DNA from: a virus
Lineage: Duplodnaviria > Caudoviricetes
Virus record (IMG/VR): IMGVR_UViG_2784746770_000001
Span: 65,293-129,292 of that record
Strand: one strand, 5' to 3'
DNA length: 64,000 nucleotides
Each line of letters begins with the position of its first letter. Position 1 is the stretch's first letter. The position numbers were made by a program, and so were the translations under genes. The notes under the pieces were generated by a model. It searched no databases. It saw nothing but the letters and a program-made list of their open reading frames with translations, and had not been told where the DNA came from. Positions 18,550 through 28,871 of this stretch are shown here, piece by piece.

Positions 18550-19278
18550 TCAGCGCAAGATGCGGGCCATCGGGCAGCGCGAGAGCCCAAAGGTCTCGGT
18601 GCACGCGTGCGGTGTCTCGGGGTGGGCGGCCTTCACGGCGGCCTTCACATCGTCGTCCAGGCGCCGGATGTGCTGGGGGCCTTGGATGCGGGGGTCCCCT
18701 TCCGCCGTCCACCCGCAGGAGCACACGGCGGCGGTGACCCGGATGGGCATGGGCCCATTTTTCGCCCGGCGGGGGAGTTCCACGAGTACCGGGACCAGGG
18801 TGTGAGGTCCGAGGCCCGCGCCCTGGAGGACGTCCAGGCGCCCGAGCGCGTCCGCGACCTCGTGGCCCGCGTCCCCCGCCATGGCCAGCAGCAGACTGCC
18901 CCGGTTGTCGATCCACCAGGACGCAGAGGCGTTCTTCAACGCCTTGTCCACGATGACCTCGCCGAGGTCCTTCCGCGCCTCAGGGAACGCCTTCCGCCAG
19001 CTGTCCGCCATACCTCGCACGGTGCCGATCGCGTCCGCTCGGAGCGTCTGCGCCCACGCCACCTGCCGCTCGGTCCCCGTCAGGTCCGGCCAGCCGGCGG
19101 CCGCGGCCGCCGCAGCGTTCACGGTGCTCTCCTCGCGCCGCTGGGCCTCGACACAGGAGGAACAGTCGCTCTTCTCCATCCACTCCATGGTTTCCCCGCG
19201 CCTCTTGTGCGGGCCGATCAGGTCCACCCGCTCCTCGTGCCCGCAGGCTCGGGTGATGTCGTACTTGGCCATACTCAT
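18550..19278 (-). CDS. Hypothetical protein with Cys motifs
   Basis: ACGHEE..DCSSC..LTGTERQVAWAQTLR..ASWWIDNR, a recurrent phage/plasmid protein pattern. Confidence 0.8.
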   Translation of the reverse strand: MSMAKYDITRACGHEERVDLIGPHKRRGETMEWMEKSDCSSCVEAQRREESTVNAAAAAAAGWPDLTGTERQVAWAQTLRADAIGTVRGMADSWRKAFPEARKDLGEVIVDKALKNASASWWIDNRGSLLLAMAGDAGHEVADALGRLDVLQGAGLGPHTLVPVLVELPRRAKNGPMPIRVTAAVCSCGWTAEGDPRIQGPQHIRRLDDDVKAAVKAAHPETPHACTETFGLSRCPMARILR

Positions 19279-19333
19279 CCTCTCGGTGATGGTGCCGGAC
19301 AGGATGCCGGGCGCCGCTGACAGCGCCCGGCAG

Positions 19334-19546
19334 TTACGCGGATTCAGCGAAGCACTCCGGGCACGTCGAGGCGGGCTCCTCAGGGTGCTCGGAGCACACC
19401 TCCATGACCGTGTAGGGGGTGTCTCCGTCGTCTTCGGCTATGAGTTGGGCGGCCACGGCCAGGGCCTCCGCGCGGCCGGCATCGCCGTAGAACGGGCCGT
19501 CGACCATGGCGGCGCCGTCCTCGAAGACGCCGTACTCGGCGCTCAC
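19334..19546 (-). CDS. Small hypothetical protein
   Basis: GTGA-coupled to the upstream gene; C-terminal C..H...CPEC. Confidence 0.65.
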   Translation of the reverse strand: MSAEYGVFEDGAAMVDGPFYGDAGRAEALAVAAQLIAEDDGDTPYTVMEVCSEHPEEPASTCPECFAESA

Positions 19547-20994
19547 TTCGCGGCTCCGGCCGGGCGCCGGTAGCGGTTGCACTCCTGGTCGTGCGGCCGG
19601 CCATGGCCCTCCTGGGCGTAGCAGTCGCAGTGACGTGAGACAGGAGCGGTGATCCAGTCGGCGACGGCGGCGGCCAGGACGGTGGAGTCCGCGAGGCAGT
19701 CGAGCACGGCAGAGTCGCCCCCGTTGATGTACACCGGGTCGCCGACGGCGTTGCCGTACTCGTCGTGCAGGAACATCGACCACCCGGTGTGCTCGTCGGC
19801 CGGATGGTCGACCGAGCCGTCACGATCGGCGATCGACAGGAAGCCGACAGCACCCCGGGTGAACGGGACCGGCACCCGGTACTGGGCGCTGCTGCTGTCG
19901 TAGACGCACGACAGCTCCCGGCCGGGGGTAATCCCGTACTCGCCGAGCACGGCCAGCAACCGGGCCCCGGCCGCGGGCACCGGCGCGGCGGCGGGAGGCT
20001 GCTCGTAGAGCGCCGCCGCGGCCTCCCACCACGTCTGGCGCAGGGCAGCGTCCTCCCGAGCCTGGGCGCACTGCCGGCGCTGTGTCCCCATGCCGCCGGC
20101 CAGCGGGGCGTACAGGTGCGGGATCGAGGGGCGCAGCAGGTCCGCGTACTCCTTCCCGCCGAGGAAGATGACGTCGGCGTCGTCCAGCCCGAGGCCGGCC
20201 GCGTGCTGGCCCATCCTCTCCGCCGTGACGGCGTTCTCGTCGCCGATCCTGACGTTGTACGGGTGGAGGGGGCGGGTAATGGGGACGAGCCCGTGGAGCG
20301 CGGAGGCTATGAAGATCAGAGACGGGTCGGTCAGGGCGTCGGCCACGCTGCGCAGGGATCGGTGGTAGTCGCCGATGTACAGCTCTCCGGCCGGGTAGCC
20401 CGGCAGGGAGCCGCCGTACTCGTTGAAGCCCGGGTGCGGCCGCTTCTTCTCCCCGCAGGCAATGATGACGACCCGTCGCCGCCGGACTCGGATGCCGCCG
20501 CGCTGCCGGGCGTACTCGCGGCCGAGCTCGGTGAGGTAGAGCGACCGGCCGGTGTCCTCCCACGTTGCCGGCGTCCTGTCCCACGACGCGGGCCGGATGT
20601 CGGCGTAGCCCTTCGCGTTGACCTGCCGGAGGGTGGGCCCGCGGAACCACGGCTCGTGCCGGTTCTCCCCATGCGCGTCGTCGCGCCCGGCCACAAGCTG
20701 GTCGGGCCGACGGGCGGCAGTGATCACAGCTTCGTGCTGCCGTTCGGGCAGCTTCGGCAGAACGCCCACGCTGGCCGGAAGGGACTGGAGGGACTGAGGG
20801 GACGGGTTCGCTTCACGCCATGCGTCCAGGGCCGCACGGCCGGCGTCGGTCACCCGGCGCGTGCCGTCGACCTGCCTGACGATCAGGTGGTCGGCTTCGA
20901 GCTTGGCCATGGCCGCCGGATGTCCGGTGACGAGCCCGTTGTCGTTGCTGTCGAGGATCTTCGCGCCTGTGGGGCTGAGCAGAGAGGTGGACAT
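19543..20994 (-). CDS. Multidomain protein with a DUF6884-like domain
   Basis: VVIIACGEKKR..PAGELYIG..IFIASALHGLV..PYN..FLGGKEY..PLAGGMG; GAAGGA RBS. Confidence 0.75.
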   Translation of the reverse strand: MSTSLLSPTGAKILDSNDNGLVTGHPAAMAKLEADHLIVRQVDGTRRVTDAGRAALDAWREANPSPQSLQSLPASVGVLPKLPERQHEAVITAARRPDQLVAGRDDAHGENRHEPWFRGPTLRQVNAKGYADIRPASWDRTPATWEDTGRSLYLTELGREYARQRGGIRVRRRRVVIIACGEKKRPHPGFNEYGGSLPGYPAGELYIGDYHRSLRSVADALTDPSLIFIASALHGLVPITRPLHPYNVRIGDENAVTAERMGQHAAGLGLDDADVIFLGGKEYADLLRPSIPHLYAPLAGGMGTQRRQCAQAREDAALRQTWWEAAAALYEQPPAAAPVPAAGARLLAVLGEYGITPGRELSCVYDSSSAQYRVPVPFTRGAVGFLSIADRDGSVDHPADEHTGWSMFLHDEYGNAVGDPVYINGGDSAVLDCLADSTVLAAAVADWITAPVSRHCDCYAQEGHGRPHDQECNRYRRPAGAAK

Positions 20995-21037
20995 GGGGTT
21001 CCTTCGGGGTACGAGGCGACCGAGGGGCCGCGGTGGG

Positions 21038-22021
21038 TCAGGAGTCGGTGCGGGAGAGCCAGGCGGCGACGGCCCGGGCGCACGTGGCGCTCTGCTCGGC
21101 ACATCCCATCTCGGCGGAGGCGGCGTAGACCTGGTCGACGTACTCGCCGGTCTCGTCGTGCACGTGGACGGACCACGGCTCGTCGTGCTCCCGAACGGGC
21201 CGGGTGGCCAGCTCGCCGGCGTACAGCAGCAGGTGCGGCCGGGTGTAGACGTTCTCCTCGGCGGTCCCCGGCTCGGTCGCCATCACTCGGTAGGTGACTC
21301 CGTCGACGCCGTCCAGGTAGGAGGTGAGGCCGTACGCGTTCAGCGCAGCGTCGAGCACGTCGCCTTCGGTGGGGGCGGTACGGACGGGGGAGAGTTCGAT
21401 GACGCGATCCGGGGTGGCGATGAACACGGTCCCGGCGCCGTCGCTGAGGATCCATGCTCCGTCGGCCTTCGCCCAGTTGTAGACGACCTTCTCTGCGAAC
21501 TCGCGGCTCCAGGGCCCGGGCGCGGCCGTGGCCCAGCCGCCGGCCGTGTGCCTGTCCCGGCGGCGATCCACAGCCGTGAACTCGAACGCGGCGAGCGCGG
21601 TGGGGTAGGCGGCGCGGCTGATCGGTTCGGCCCGCATGCCTGCCGGGAGCGGCTGGGTGGACGCGAGGTCGGCGGCGGTGGCATTCCACAGGGCGATCTC
21701 GGCGGCCCGAAGAACGGCCCCGGTCGCGGCGCACAGCGCTTCGGCGGACTTCTTGGCCTGGGTCGCCTCCTGCCGGTACGCGGTGCGGCTGCGGATTCCT
21801 GCCACGCGGCGCTGGCTGGGCGGCAGGTACTCGTCGGCCCGCAGGAGCATCGCCAGTGTGCTTTCGGTCCGGCTGCTGTGTCTCCGGGCCATGTGCAGGG
21901 CGTGCTTCGCGGCGGTGTGCTTCTCGTCGGCGGCCTGTCGCTCGGCCGTCAGTTTCCGGACCAGGTGGGCGCGGCGGGTGGTGACGGCGGACGCGATGTC
22001 GCCGGGGGTCGGTACGGACAT
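21038..22021 (-). CDS. Hypothetical protein
   Basis: GGAG RBS. The C-terminal HDEPWSVHVHDETGEYVDQVY resembles HTGWSMFLHDEYGNAVGDPVY at the end of the neighbouring protein. Confidence 0.75.
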   Translation of the reverse strand: MSVPTPGDIASAVTTRRAHLVRKLTAERQAADEKHTAAKHALHMARRHSSRTESTLAMLLRADEYLPPSQRRVAGIRSRTAYRQEATQAKKSAEALCAATGAVLRAAEIALWNATAADLASTQPLPAGMRAEPISRAAYPTALAAFEFTAVDRRRDRHTAGGWATAAPGPWSREFAEKVVYNWAKADGAWILSDGAGTVFIATPDRVIELSPVRTAPTEGDVLDAALNAYGLTSYLDGVDGVTYRVMATEPGTAEENVYTRPHLLLYAGELATRPVREHDEPWSVHVHDETGEYVDQVYAASAEMGCAEQSATCARAVAAWLSRTDS

Positions 22022-22128
22022 GGTGGAGCTCCAGGAAGGCGTGGGCAGCCGTACGCGGACGCGTGCGGGCCGTGGAAGGGGTTCGGGGCCGCCGCGCCCG
22101 GGCCGGTGCCGGGCGCGGCGGGGCGCGG

Positions 22129-22953
22129 TCAGAGCGCGCGGACGGCCGCGAGCACGTTGTCGGCGCCGTCGACCGTGACGTCGCAACAGGGCTCGTCGCC
22201 AGCGCCGCGGATCAAGACGTGGACGCGGTTGTCCACGGAGAGGGAGACCGTGTGCCGACCGCCGAGAGTCGGCCAGTTGAAGACGTCGTGCCCCCGCAGG
22301 AACGGGAAGGCGGCGTGGAGGCGGCGCGCGGGCAGGCCGCACACCGGCACGAACCGGCGCTTGTCGTTGTTGGCGAGGTCGAGCACGGACAGGACGGCCA
22401 CGGTCTGCTCGAACGGCAGGCGGGTGAAGTACGCGGTGACGTCGAGGGCGGGCCCGCGCTCCGTGCCCTCCTCCGGGGAGTTGTCGACCCACGCGCGGCG
22501 GGCTTCCAGGCGCGCGCTGCCGCCGGCGGGCAGGTCCCAGGACGTGTGGGCGGTGCCGAACTCGAAGAAGCTGGTGCGCTTCCGGTCGCCGAGGGCGGTG
22601 TTCATGGCGGCCTGGAAGCACGCGACGGGGCACAGCGCGTCGTGGAGCGGGACGAGGGTGCCGGTGACCAGCCGCGTGAAGGTGGCGGCGTACGCCTCGG
22701 GGGTGTTCTTGTCGGCGACGATGGTGAACGGGCTGCGCTCCCGGTTGGGGAGGTGCGCTGTCGCGTAGACCACGTGGTCGTGCGCGCCGAGGAGTTCGAT
22801 GTGGTGGCCGCGCGCCGAGCGGAGGACCGCGCGCAGGGGGTGGCGGGGGGAGTGGTCGGGGCGCAGCGTCCAGCCGGGGCCGAGCGCGGTGCGGACGGCG
22901 TCGAAGAAGACGTTGGCGGTGTCGACGCTGATCGGGCTCGCGGAAGGAGACAC
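22129..22953 (-). CDS. Hypothetical protein
   Basis: GAAAGG RBS, GTG start; first gene after hairpin copy 3. Confidence 0.75.
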   Translation of the reverse strand: MSPSASPISVDTANVFFDAVRTALGPGWTLRPDHSPRHPLRAVLRSARGHHIELLGAHDHVVYATAHLPNRERSPFTIVADKNTPEAYAATFTRLVTGTLVPLHDALCPVACFQAAMNTALGDRKRTSFFEFGTAHTSWDLPAGGSARLEARRAWVDNSPEEGTERGPALDVTAYFTRLPFEQTVAVLSVLDLANNDKRRFVPVCGLPARRLHAAFPFLRGHDVFNWPTLGGRHTVSLSVDNRVHVLIRGAGDEPCCDVTVDGADNVLAAVRAL

Positions 22954-22980
22954 AAGGGTGCCTTTCTGGAGGTCAAAGCG

Positions 22981-23034
22981 TTGGCCGGCCCCCTCGCTCT
23001 TGGGGGCCAATGAAGATGACTGTACACCAACTTA
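22981..23034 (-). promoter_or_regulatory. TAAGTTGGTGTACAGT promoter box and AAGAGCGA hairpin copy 3
   Basis: GGCCCCC-AAGAGCGA-GGGGGCC; 22981-23010 is identical to 29661-29690. Confidence 0.8.
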
Positions 23035-23087
23035 TTGAGTGGGGGGAGGGGTACGCGACCATCAACCCCTCCCCCGCCCCGGCCGGC

Positions 23088-25145
23088 CTACTTCTCCGGT
23101 GGCCGCACGGACAGCGTCCCGCCGGTCTCGTCCCGGCGCCCGAGCAGCCGCACCGTCCAGCCCGCCCCCCGGAAGATCTCGGCGTACCGCACGTGGGTGT
23201 CCCACTGCTTCGCCACGACCTCCTTCGCCCACAAGTCGCCGTTCGGGGCCTTGTCCCGCGGCGCCGTGACGATGATCGCGCCGTCGCTGGTCGGGAACAG
23301 GTGGAAGCCCGCGCCCGGCATGACCGTCGGGTTGGCGACGTCGTTGTTGTAGATGCCGCCGAAGTTGCCGTTGCCCTCCAGCGCCAGCAGGGCGGCGCGC
23401 ACGAGGGGCTGCTCATGGTCGACCATGTTGCAGCCGATCCCGGCGGGCACCGCCCACGCCTCCGGAGACACCTCCACCCGCAGGTGGACCGGCGACAAGA
23501 ACTCCGGCTCGCCGCCGGCCTCCGCCAGGTCCTCGCGAATCTGGGCCGCGCGCCTCTGCCGCTTCTCGGGGTCCTCGCCCCAGACCTTGAGCACGACCGA
23601 TCCCGTGTACCAGTGATTCCGGACCCGCAGCCCCTCCAGGTGCAGCGACTCCATGTCGTGGCCCCGCTCGTTCAGCACCTCCCAAACCGTGCGCACGTCC
23701 GCGAGTTCCTGGCCCACCATCCGGCGCGCGGAGATCTGGAAGTACCCGTCCATGTACGCGCCGAGGAACCCGCCAGCCGTCAGCGCGCGCCGGTACGCGT
23801 GCAGCTCCGCGTCCGTCGTCTTCCCGACCCGGTACTCCCCATCGATCAGGAACTGCACGTTCACGTGCGCCTCCTGCCCGGTCGATTGAACGAGGAACCC
23901 GTTCGCCAGACCGTCGTACTCCACGGCAGTCCCGTGGGGGGTGTCGACCTCCCGGGAGTTCCGGGTCTCAGCCGGGTTGAAGCCGCAGGAGAGCAGGAGA
24001 GCCACAGCGGCCTGAACGTGCTCGTTGCCCGCATCCATGGGGTAGTGGCCCAGCGTCGTCCCGGCCCGGCGCGGCTCAACCGTACCGGCGGGCGGGAAGG
24101 CTTCGTGGATCCCCTCGTAGTCGAACCCGGAGGGGTTCACCGTCCACCCTGCCTTGCGCAGCACCTCGACGGCGCGGGCGTGCTCGGCGAGCGCGATGCC
24201 GCGCCCGCACAGCGACACCCACACGCGCGGCGAATCCCGCTGAGCCAGCGGCGCCACGCCGACCTTGAAGCCCTCCTGCTCGACCATGAACCCGCCGTCA
24301 CCCACCGGCTCGCCGAAGCGCGCTGGCGTCAGGCCCGCGTCCGTCAGGAGCCGGATCGCCGCGTGTACCGACGGCGTCAACCGGTCCGCGTACCCGCGCC
24401 CGGGAAAGTAGCCGACCGCCGGCGTGCTGCTCTTCGGGCACCACGCCACGTCGAACTCGCCCGACGGCACCTCGTACGCCACTCGCCGCCCGGTCTGCTC
24501 AATGTCGACCCCGCGGCGTACGGCGTTGGCGACGTTGACCAGGACGTCAACGCGCTCGTGCACGGTCGGCGGCCGAACGTCGGTGCTGCTGTGTTCCTCG
24601 GTGCGCAGCCACCAGTACCCGTCCCCAAGAAGTTCGTCCGCCCGGCGAAGGTGCGGCTCCATGCCGCGCGCCGAGTTGATGATCGCGTCGGCCAGGGCCT
24701 GGCCCCGCTCCAGCTCAGCGCACCGCTCTTCCGCCCGCTCCCGGTCGGGGGAGGCCGCCATGTCGACGTTGGTGTAGGTGTCCAGGACGACGTGGGGACC
24801 GCCGAACAGTCGGCCGAGCACGGTGTCCGACTCCGTCACCACCTTGTACCGGGGCCCGGAGGCGTCGTGGGGCCGGTCGTCGAAGAAGACCATGTAGTAC
24901 GCGGTGGGCAGGCTGACGGCGTACCCGGCGGCCGCCAGCGCGTTCGCGAGCTCCAGCCGCTTCGGGGCCTGCACCTCCTCGTCCTTCCCGCTGGCGAGGT
25001 CCCACACGGCGGCCCACCGGCCGTTACGGGGAACGATCAGCCAGCCGTCGCGCTGGCCGGGAACGTGCTGGGGGAACTTGGCGCCGAGGACGGCGGCGAC
25101 CCGGTCGGGCAGGGGGAGGGACGGGTCAACGGCGGTACGGGACAT
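23088..25145 (-). CDS. Large hypothetical protein with internally repeated modules
   Basis: Recurrent motifs AAIRLLTDAG / AAVALLLSCG / AALLALEG and LRKAGWTV / FRGAGWTV; GGAG RBS. Confidence 0.8.
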   Translation of the reverse strand: MSRTAVDPSLPLPDRVAAVLGAKFPQHVPGQRDGWLIVPRNGRWAAVWDLASGKDEEVQAPKRLELANALAAAGYAVSLPTAYYMVFFDDRPHDASGPRYKVVTESDTVLGRLFGGPHVVLDTYTNVDMAASPDRERAEERCAELERGQALADAIINSARGMEPHLRRADELLGDGYWWLRTEEHSSTDVRPPTVHERVDVLVNVANAVRRGVDIEQTGRRVAYEVPSGEFDVAWCPKSSTPAVGYFPGRGYADRLTPSVHAAIRLLTDAGLTPARFGEPVGDGGFMVEQEGFKVGVAPLAQRDSPRVWVSLCGRGIALAEHARAVEVLRKAGWTVNPSGFDYEGIHEAFPPAGTVEPRRAGTTLGHYPMDAGNEHVQAAVALLLSCGFNPAETRNSREVDTPHGTAVEYDGLANGFLVQSTGQEAHVNVQFLIDGEYRVGKTTDAELHAYRRALTAGGFLGAYMDGYFQISARRMVGQELADVRTVWEVLNERGHDMESLHLEGLRVRNHWYTGSVVLKVWGEDPEKRQRRAAQIREDLAEAGGEPEFLSPVHLRVEVSPEAWAVPAGIGCNMVDHEQPLVRAALLALEGNGNFGGIYNNDVANPTVMPGAGFHLFPTSDGAIIVTAPRDKAPNGDLWAKEVVAKQWDTHVRYAEIFRGAGWTVRLLGRRDETGGTLSVRPPEK

Positions 25146-25192
25146 GACGGGGCTCCAGTTCGGTGCGGGAAGGGGCGGGCGGTCGCGGCGCG

Positions 25193-25510
25193 TCACGGCG
25201 CCGGTGGGGTGTTGTGCACGACGTCGTGCAAGGTTGGGTCAGTGGGCTGGATCGCGCGCCACTTCCGGATGTCGCGGTACTCCGCGTCCAGGGACTCGCG
25301 GCTGATCTCCAGGTTGACGATCTTGGCGACCTCCAGCAGGCGCCGGATGACCGTGTCGAGGCCCCACAGGGCGCTGGAGGCGGGCCAGCGCATGGGGTTG
25401 GTTGTCGCCCAGGTCTCACCCCGGTCGGCGAGGATGTCGGCGAAGTACTTCCACTCCTGCTGGAGCATCGCGGCGATGGCGTCGCGCTCGGTCTTGTTCG
25501 ACACGGTCAC
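25193..25510 (-). CDS. Hypothetical protein
   Basis: GTGA coupling to the upstream gene. Confidence 0.65.
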   Translation of the reverse strand: MTVSNKTERDAIAAMLQQEWKYFADILADRGETWATTNPMRWPASSALWGLDTVIRRLLEVAKIVNLEISRESLDAEYRDIRKWRAIQPTDPTLHDVVHNTPPAP

Positions 25511-26145
25511 GCACTCTCGGCGACGTCGGCGGCCGACGAGACGAACACGTGCAGGCACTTCACCGTGGGCGGCAGTCCCGGGCCCTCCCAGTCCATGTCG
25601 TGGCGCTCGTACCGGGCGTACAGGCGCCCCGTGGCGGCGTCGTAGGACACCTCGGGCCGGGCCTGTTCGGCGAGCACCATGACCAGGAGATACGCCGCGT
25701 CCGGGAACGCGATGCTCCGGGGGACGTCGTACGCGAAGTCCTCGTTGCGCTCGGCGATCAGATCCCGCAGCGGTACCAGGTCACCGGTCCGGACGGAACT
25801 CACGTACTGGGCGAAGGACTGGAAGTCGCCCAGAGGGAGGCGGGCCAAGTCGATGCTGCTGCGCATCGCCGTGCCGGGCAGGGTCTCCCCCGGGGGCACC
25901 GGGATGAAGCGGCGCCGCACGTCCCAGTGCACGATCGCCCGGTGAAGGGAGGCGCGCACCTCGGCGTCGGTGAGGTAGCCGCTCCCGTCGTCCGGGGTCG
26001 GCTTCCACTCACCGTCGGCGCGGGTCCACGTGTCGCCGGTCTCGGGCCACTGGTAGCGGTCGCCGTCGGCGAAGAGCATCGGGGCGGACGGCGGGGGGAA
26101 CATGGCCGGCCGTGCGGCCGGGGCGGACATCGTGGTCATGGTCAC
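25507..26145 (-). CDS. Hypothetical protein
   Basis: GGAG RBS, codon usage. Confidence 0.75.
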   Translation of the reverse strand: MTMTTMSAPAARPAMFPPPSAPMLFADGDRYQWPETGDTWTRADGEWKPTPDDGSGYLTDAEVRASLHRAIVHWDVRRRFIPVPPGETLPGTAMRSSIDLARLPLGDFQSFAQYVSSVRTGDLVPLRDLIAERNEDFAYDVPRSIAFPDAAYLLVMVLAEQARPEVSYDAATGRLYARYERHDMDWEGPGLPPTVKCLHVFVSSAADVAESA

Positions 26146-26278
26146 GGCAGATCTCCAGGAAGGTGGTGTTCATCGGGGCACGGTGCGCCCTGCTCACGGC
26201 CGTAACGGGTACGGCCGAGGGGAGGAAGCGCCGGGCGGCCCCCGGGGCGCGACGTGCACGCCCCGGGCCGGATGGGGG

Positions 26279-27325
26279 TCAGAGACGGTTCACGGCCGTG
26301 CGGACAGCGGCGCGGCGCTCCTTGTCGGGCCCAAGGGGGTAGAAGCGGTACTCCTCGTGCGTCCCGTCCTCGGCAATCCGACGGACCCGGACCGCGCCGT
26401 ACGGGCATCCGGCCACGAACGGCGGGGTGATCTCGAACATGTACGTCGCGCTGCCGATGCGGCGGGTGAAGTCCGCCCACGATTCCTCGGACGCCGGCTG
26501 ACGCATCCCGATCACGAACAGGCCGTAGGCGCGCGCGGCATCGGCCAGGGCCTCACGGACCTTGCACAGGGCCCGGCACACGATGGCGCGCTCCACAGAC
26601 GAGATGAACGCCATCCCGGCCGTGTACACCACCCGGGGGTCCTCCGAGCTGAGGATCACCTCGCCGAGCCTCCGCAGCAGGTTCAACCCGTCGAAGTAGC
26701 CCTGGCCCCAGCGGGAGCGGTCGACGTCCTGTATCTCGGACCGGGATCCGCACTGGGCGGCGAGCTGCACCACGGCGCGCACGGCGGGATGCCCCATCGT
26801 GACGCCTCCCCGCTCGGCGACGACCTCGGCGACCTCGCAGCGCACGGTGTCGAGCTGCGCCCACTCATCGGCGGCCTCGGCGAGCGACACGGCCCGGATC
26901 GCGTCGTGAAGGGAGATCTCGGCGGCGTCGTCCATCGCGTTCACCGGCATGTCGCACAGGGCCGCGTCCAGCGCCGCGAGGGTGTCGCGGGCGGGACGCT
27001 CCTCGGCGGCCCGCACGGCTGCCTGCACGGCGGTCACGTACGGGCGCAGCGGCTCGACCTCGGCCCGGGAGGCGTTGCGGCCGGCGATGTACTCCCAGGG
27101 GGACACTCGCCGCCACCCGTTGGCGTGGAGCAGCCGGTCATTGGCGAAGTGCTCCTTCGGGTCGTAGGGGGCGGTGAGGCGCGCGACGGGGTCCGAACTC
27201 TCCTTCGGTGCGGTGACCGTCACCCAGTCCTCGCGGCGCGCGCCCTCCGCACGGCGGGTGACCTGGACGCCGGCCCAGTGCTCGGCGAAGTAGCGGATGG
27301 GCGGGGTGGGCAGGGCGGTGGTCAT
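26279..27325 (-). CDS. Hypothetical protein
   Basis: GGAGG RBS, codon usage. Confidence 0.8.
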   Translation of the reverse strand: MTTALPTPPIRYFAEHWAGVQVTRRAEGARREDWVTVTAPKESSDPVARLTAPYDPKEHFANDRLLHANGWRRVSPWEYIAGRNASRAEVEPLRPYVTAVQAAVRAAEERPARDTLAALDAALCDMPVNAMDDAAEISLHDAIRAVSLAEAADEWAQLDTVRCEVAEVVAERGGVTMGHPAVRAVVQLAAQCGSRSEIQDVDRSRWGQGYFDGLNLLRRLGEVILSSEDPRVVYTAGMAFISSVERAIVCRALCKVREALADAARAYGLFVIGMRQPASEESWADFTRRIGSATYMFEITPPFVAGCPYGAVRVRRIAEDGTHEEYRFYPLGPDKERRAAVRTAVNRL

Positions 27326-27415
27326 GGTCGAGTCCTCCAGGGGCTCACGGCGAAGGCAGGGGAAGGGAGCGGCCGGGGCGCGGCACGTGCGGGCGCGCCC
27401 CGTGCCGGGAAGGGG

Positions 27416-28012
27416 TCAGTACAGGGCGTCAACGGCGGCGAGGACGGCGTACTCGACGAGGGCGTCAGCCTCCGCCTCCGTGGGGCCCTCGGCGGGCACG
27501 TAGGCGAGCGTCAGGGCAAGGGCGGGCTGCCGGACGAACACGGTGCCGGTCTCGGTGAGCGAGATCTCGCGGGCCGCCATCAGCGTCTCGTCGGCCGGGC
27601 CGCTCCCGTTCACCGTGACCGCAACCTGCGCAGGTCCCCAGACCGACGTCTTGCGGTTGACCACGGCCGAGATGAAGCCGCCCTGACGGGTCGAGCACAC
27701 CAGGTAGGACCGGTTCCGCTCGAACGGGTTCTGTCCCGCGACGATCGGGCGGCCGGGAAGCGGCTCGTCCACGTAGACGTGGGCAGGGGTGAACCGGGGC
27801 ACCCCGAACGCGTGCAGGAGCGACGGGTCGGTGAAGCGGTGCCGGACCATGGCGTCCGTGATCGTCACGGTGGGGTTGTCGCAGTTCGTGCACGCCCACT
27901 GACCAGACACCAGCCGTTCCAGGGTGCAGGTAGCGTCGGTGGCCAAGTCTCCTTCCGCGAACGTCGACGGGATCAGGGGCAGGACGGAGGGAGACAGGCG
28001 GGTCACGGACAC
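27416..28012 (-). CDS. Hypothetical protein
   Basis: GGAGAG RBS, CTNC motif. Confidence 0.75.
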   Translation of the reverse strand: MSVTRLSPSVLPLIPSTFAEGDLATDATCTLERLVSGQWACTNCDNPTVTITDAMVRHRFTDPSLLHAFGVPRFTPAHVYVDEPLPGRPIVAGQNPFERNRSYLVCSTRQGGFISAVVNRKTSVWGPAQVAVTVNGSGPADETLMAAREISLTETGTVFVRQPALALTLAYVPAEGPTEAEADALVEYAVLAAVDALY

Positions 28013-28187
28013 AGTGGCTCTCCAGGGGTGTTCGGGAAGGGCGGGCGCATGGTGGCCCGGCAGACGCGGTTACGGCGCGCCCTGCACACAGCCGCGGTGA
28101 CGGCGGACGCGGGCATGTGCGGGAGGCGACGGAACGGGGGCGGGGACCCCGGGGCGCGAGAGGGCGCACCCCGGGCCGGCGCGCGGG

Positions 28188-28658
28188 TCAGGCTTCGGTG
28201 AAGTCGTTGCAGGCGACGGTGTAGCGGCGCCCGTGGTGAAGGAGCGGCTGGCGGCAGCCGGAACACCGGCGGTGCACGAAGTCCTCGGGCGGGTGGACCA
28301 CGAAGACGTCGCACGCCGTGCCGTTGGGGTTCGCGTGCTCGCTCTCCCACTGTCCGCACGCCGTGCACTCCGGGAGCTGCGGATCGGGGTCGGGGTGCGC
28401 TACGAAGACGTCCGAGAGGTCCGGGTACCGGTACGCGAGCGCGCTCGACACCTCGTCTCGGCTCATGGCCCCGCCGTTGTCGACGGTGACGTTGATCAGA
28501 ACGGCGCGCATCAGCGCCCGGGACATGACCTGGCCCTTCTGCCCGGACAGGACGTGAGGTCCGTACACGAACAGGCGGTAGGCGGGGAACGTTGCGTCGG
28601 CCGGATCGGCGAAGGGGACGTACCCCTCGACGGCAGACGGAACTTCGTTGAACTCCAC
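28188..28658 (-). CDS. Hypothetical protein with C-terminal Zn-finger motifs
   Basis: CTACGQWESEH..ACD and CSGC..HH..ACND; GGGAG RBS. Confidence 0.7.
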   Translation of the reverse strand: MEFNEVPSAVEGYVPFADPADATFPAYRLFVYGPHVLSGQKGQVMSRALMRAVLINVTVDNGGAMSRDEVSSALAYRYPDLSDVFVAHPDPDPQLPECTACGQWESEHANPNGTACDVFVVHPPEDFVHRRCSGCRQPLLHHGRRYTVACNDFTEA

Positions 28659-28871
28659 GGTGGAACTCCCGTAGGGCGAAAGCGGGTGAAAGAGGGGCAG
28701 GACGGGCGCGCGGCGGGGAACTTCACCGCCAACGGCGCAAGCCTCTGACCTGCGAAAAGAACATCTCGTTGAACTTCGTGGAACCGTTCTACGCGCGCGC
28801 GTGTCACGAGAGCGGCTGTGGGCCGGCCCGGGGCGCACCGGCGGGTGCGGTGCGCCCCGGGCGGCCGGGGG

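Noticed and set aside
19166-19173. AAGAGCGA on the minus strand
   Set aside because: Inside a CDS with no flanking stem; chance occurrence.
22994-23001. Reverse complement of the loop (CGCTCTT) resembles lambda boxA
   Set aside because: It is on the non-transcribed orientation in all seven copies, so it cannot act as boxA RNA for these operons.
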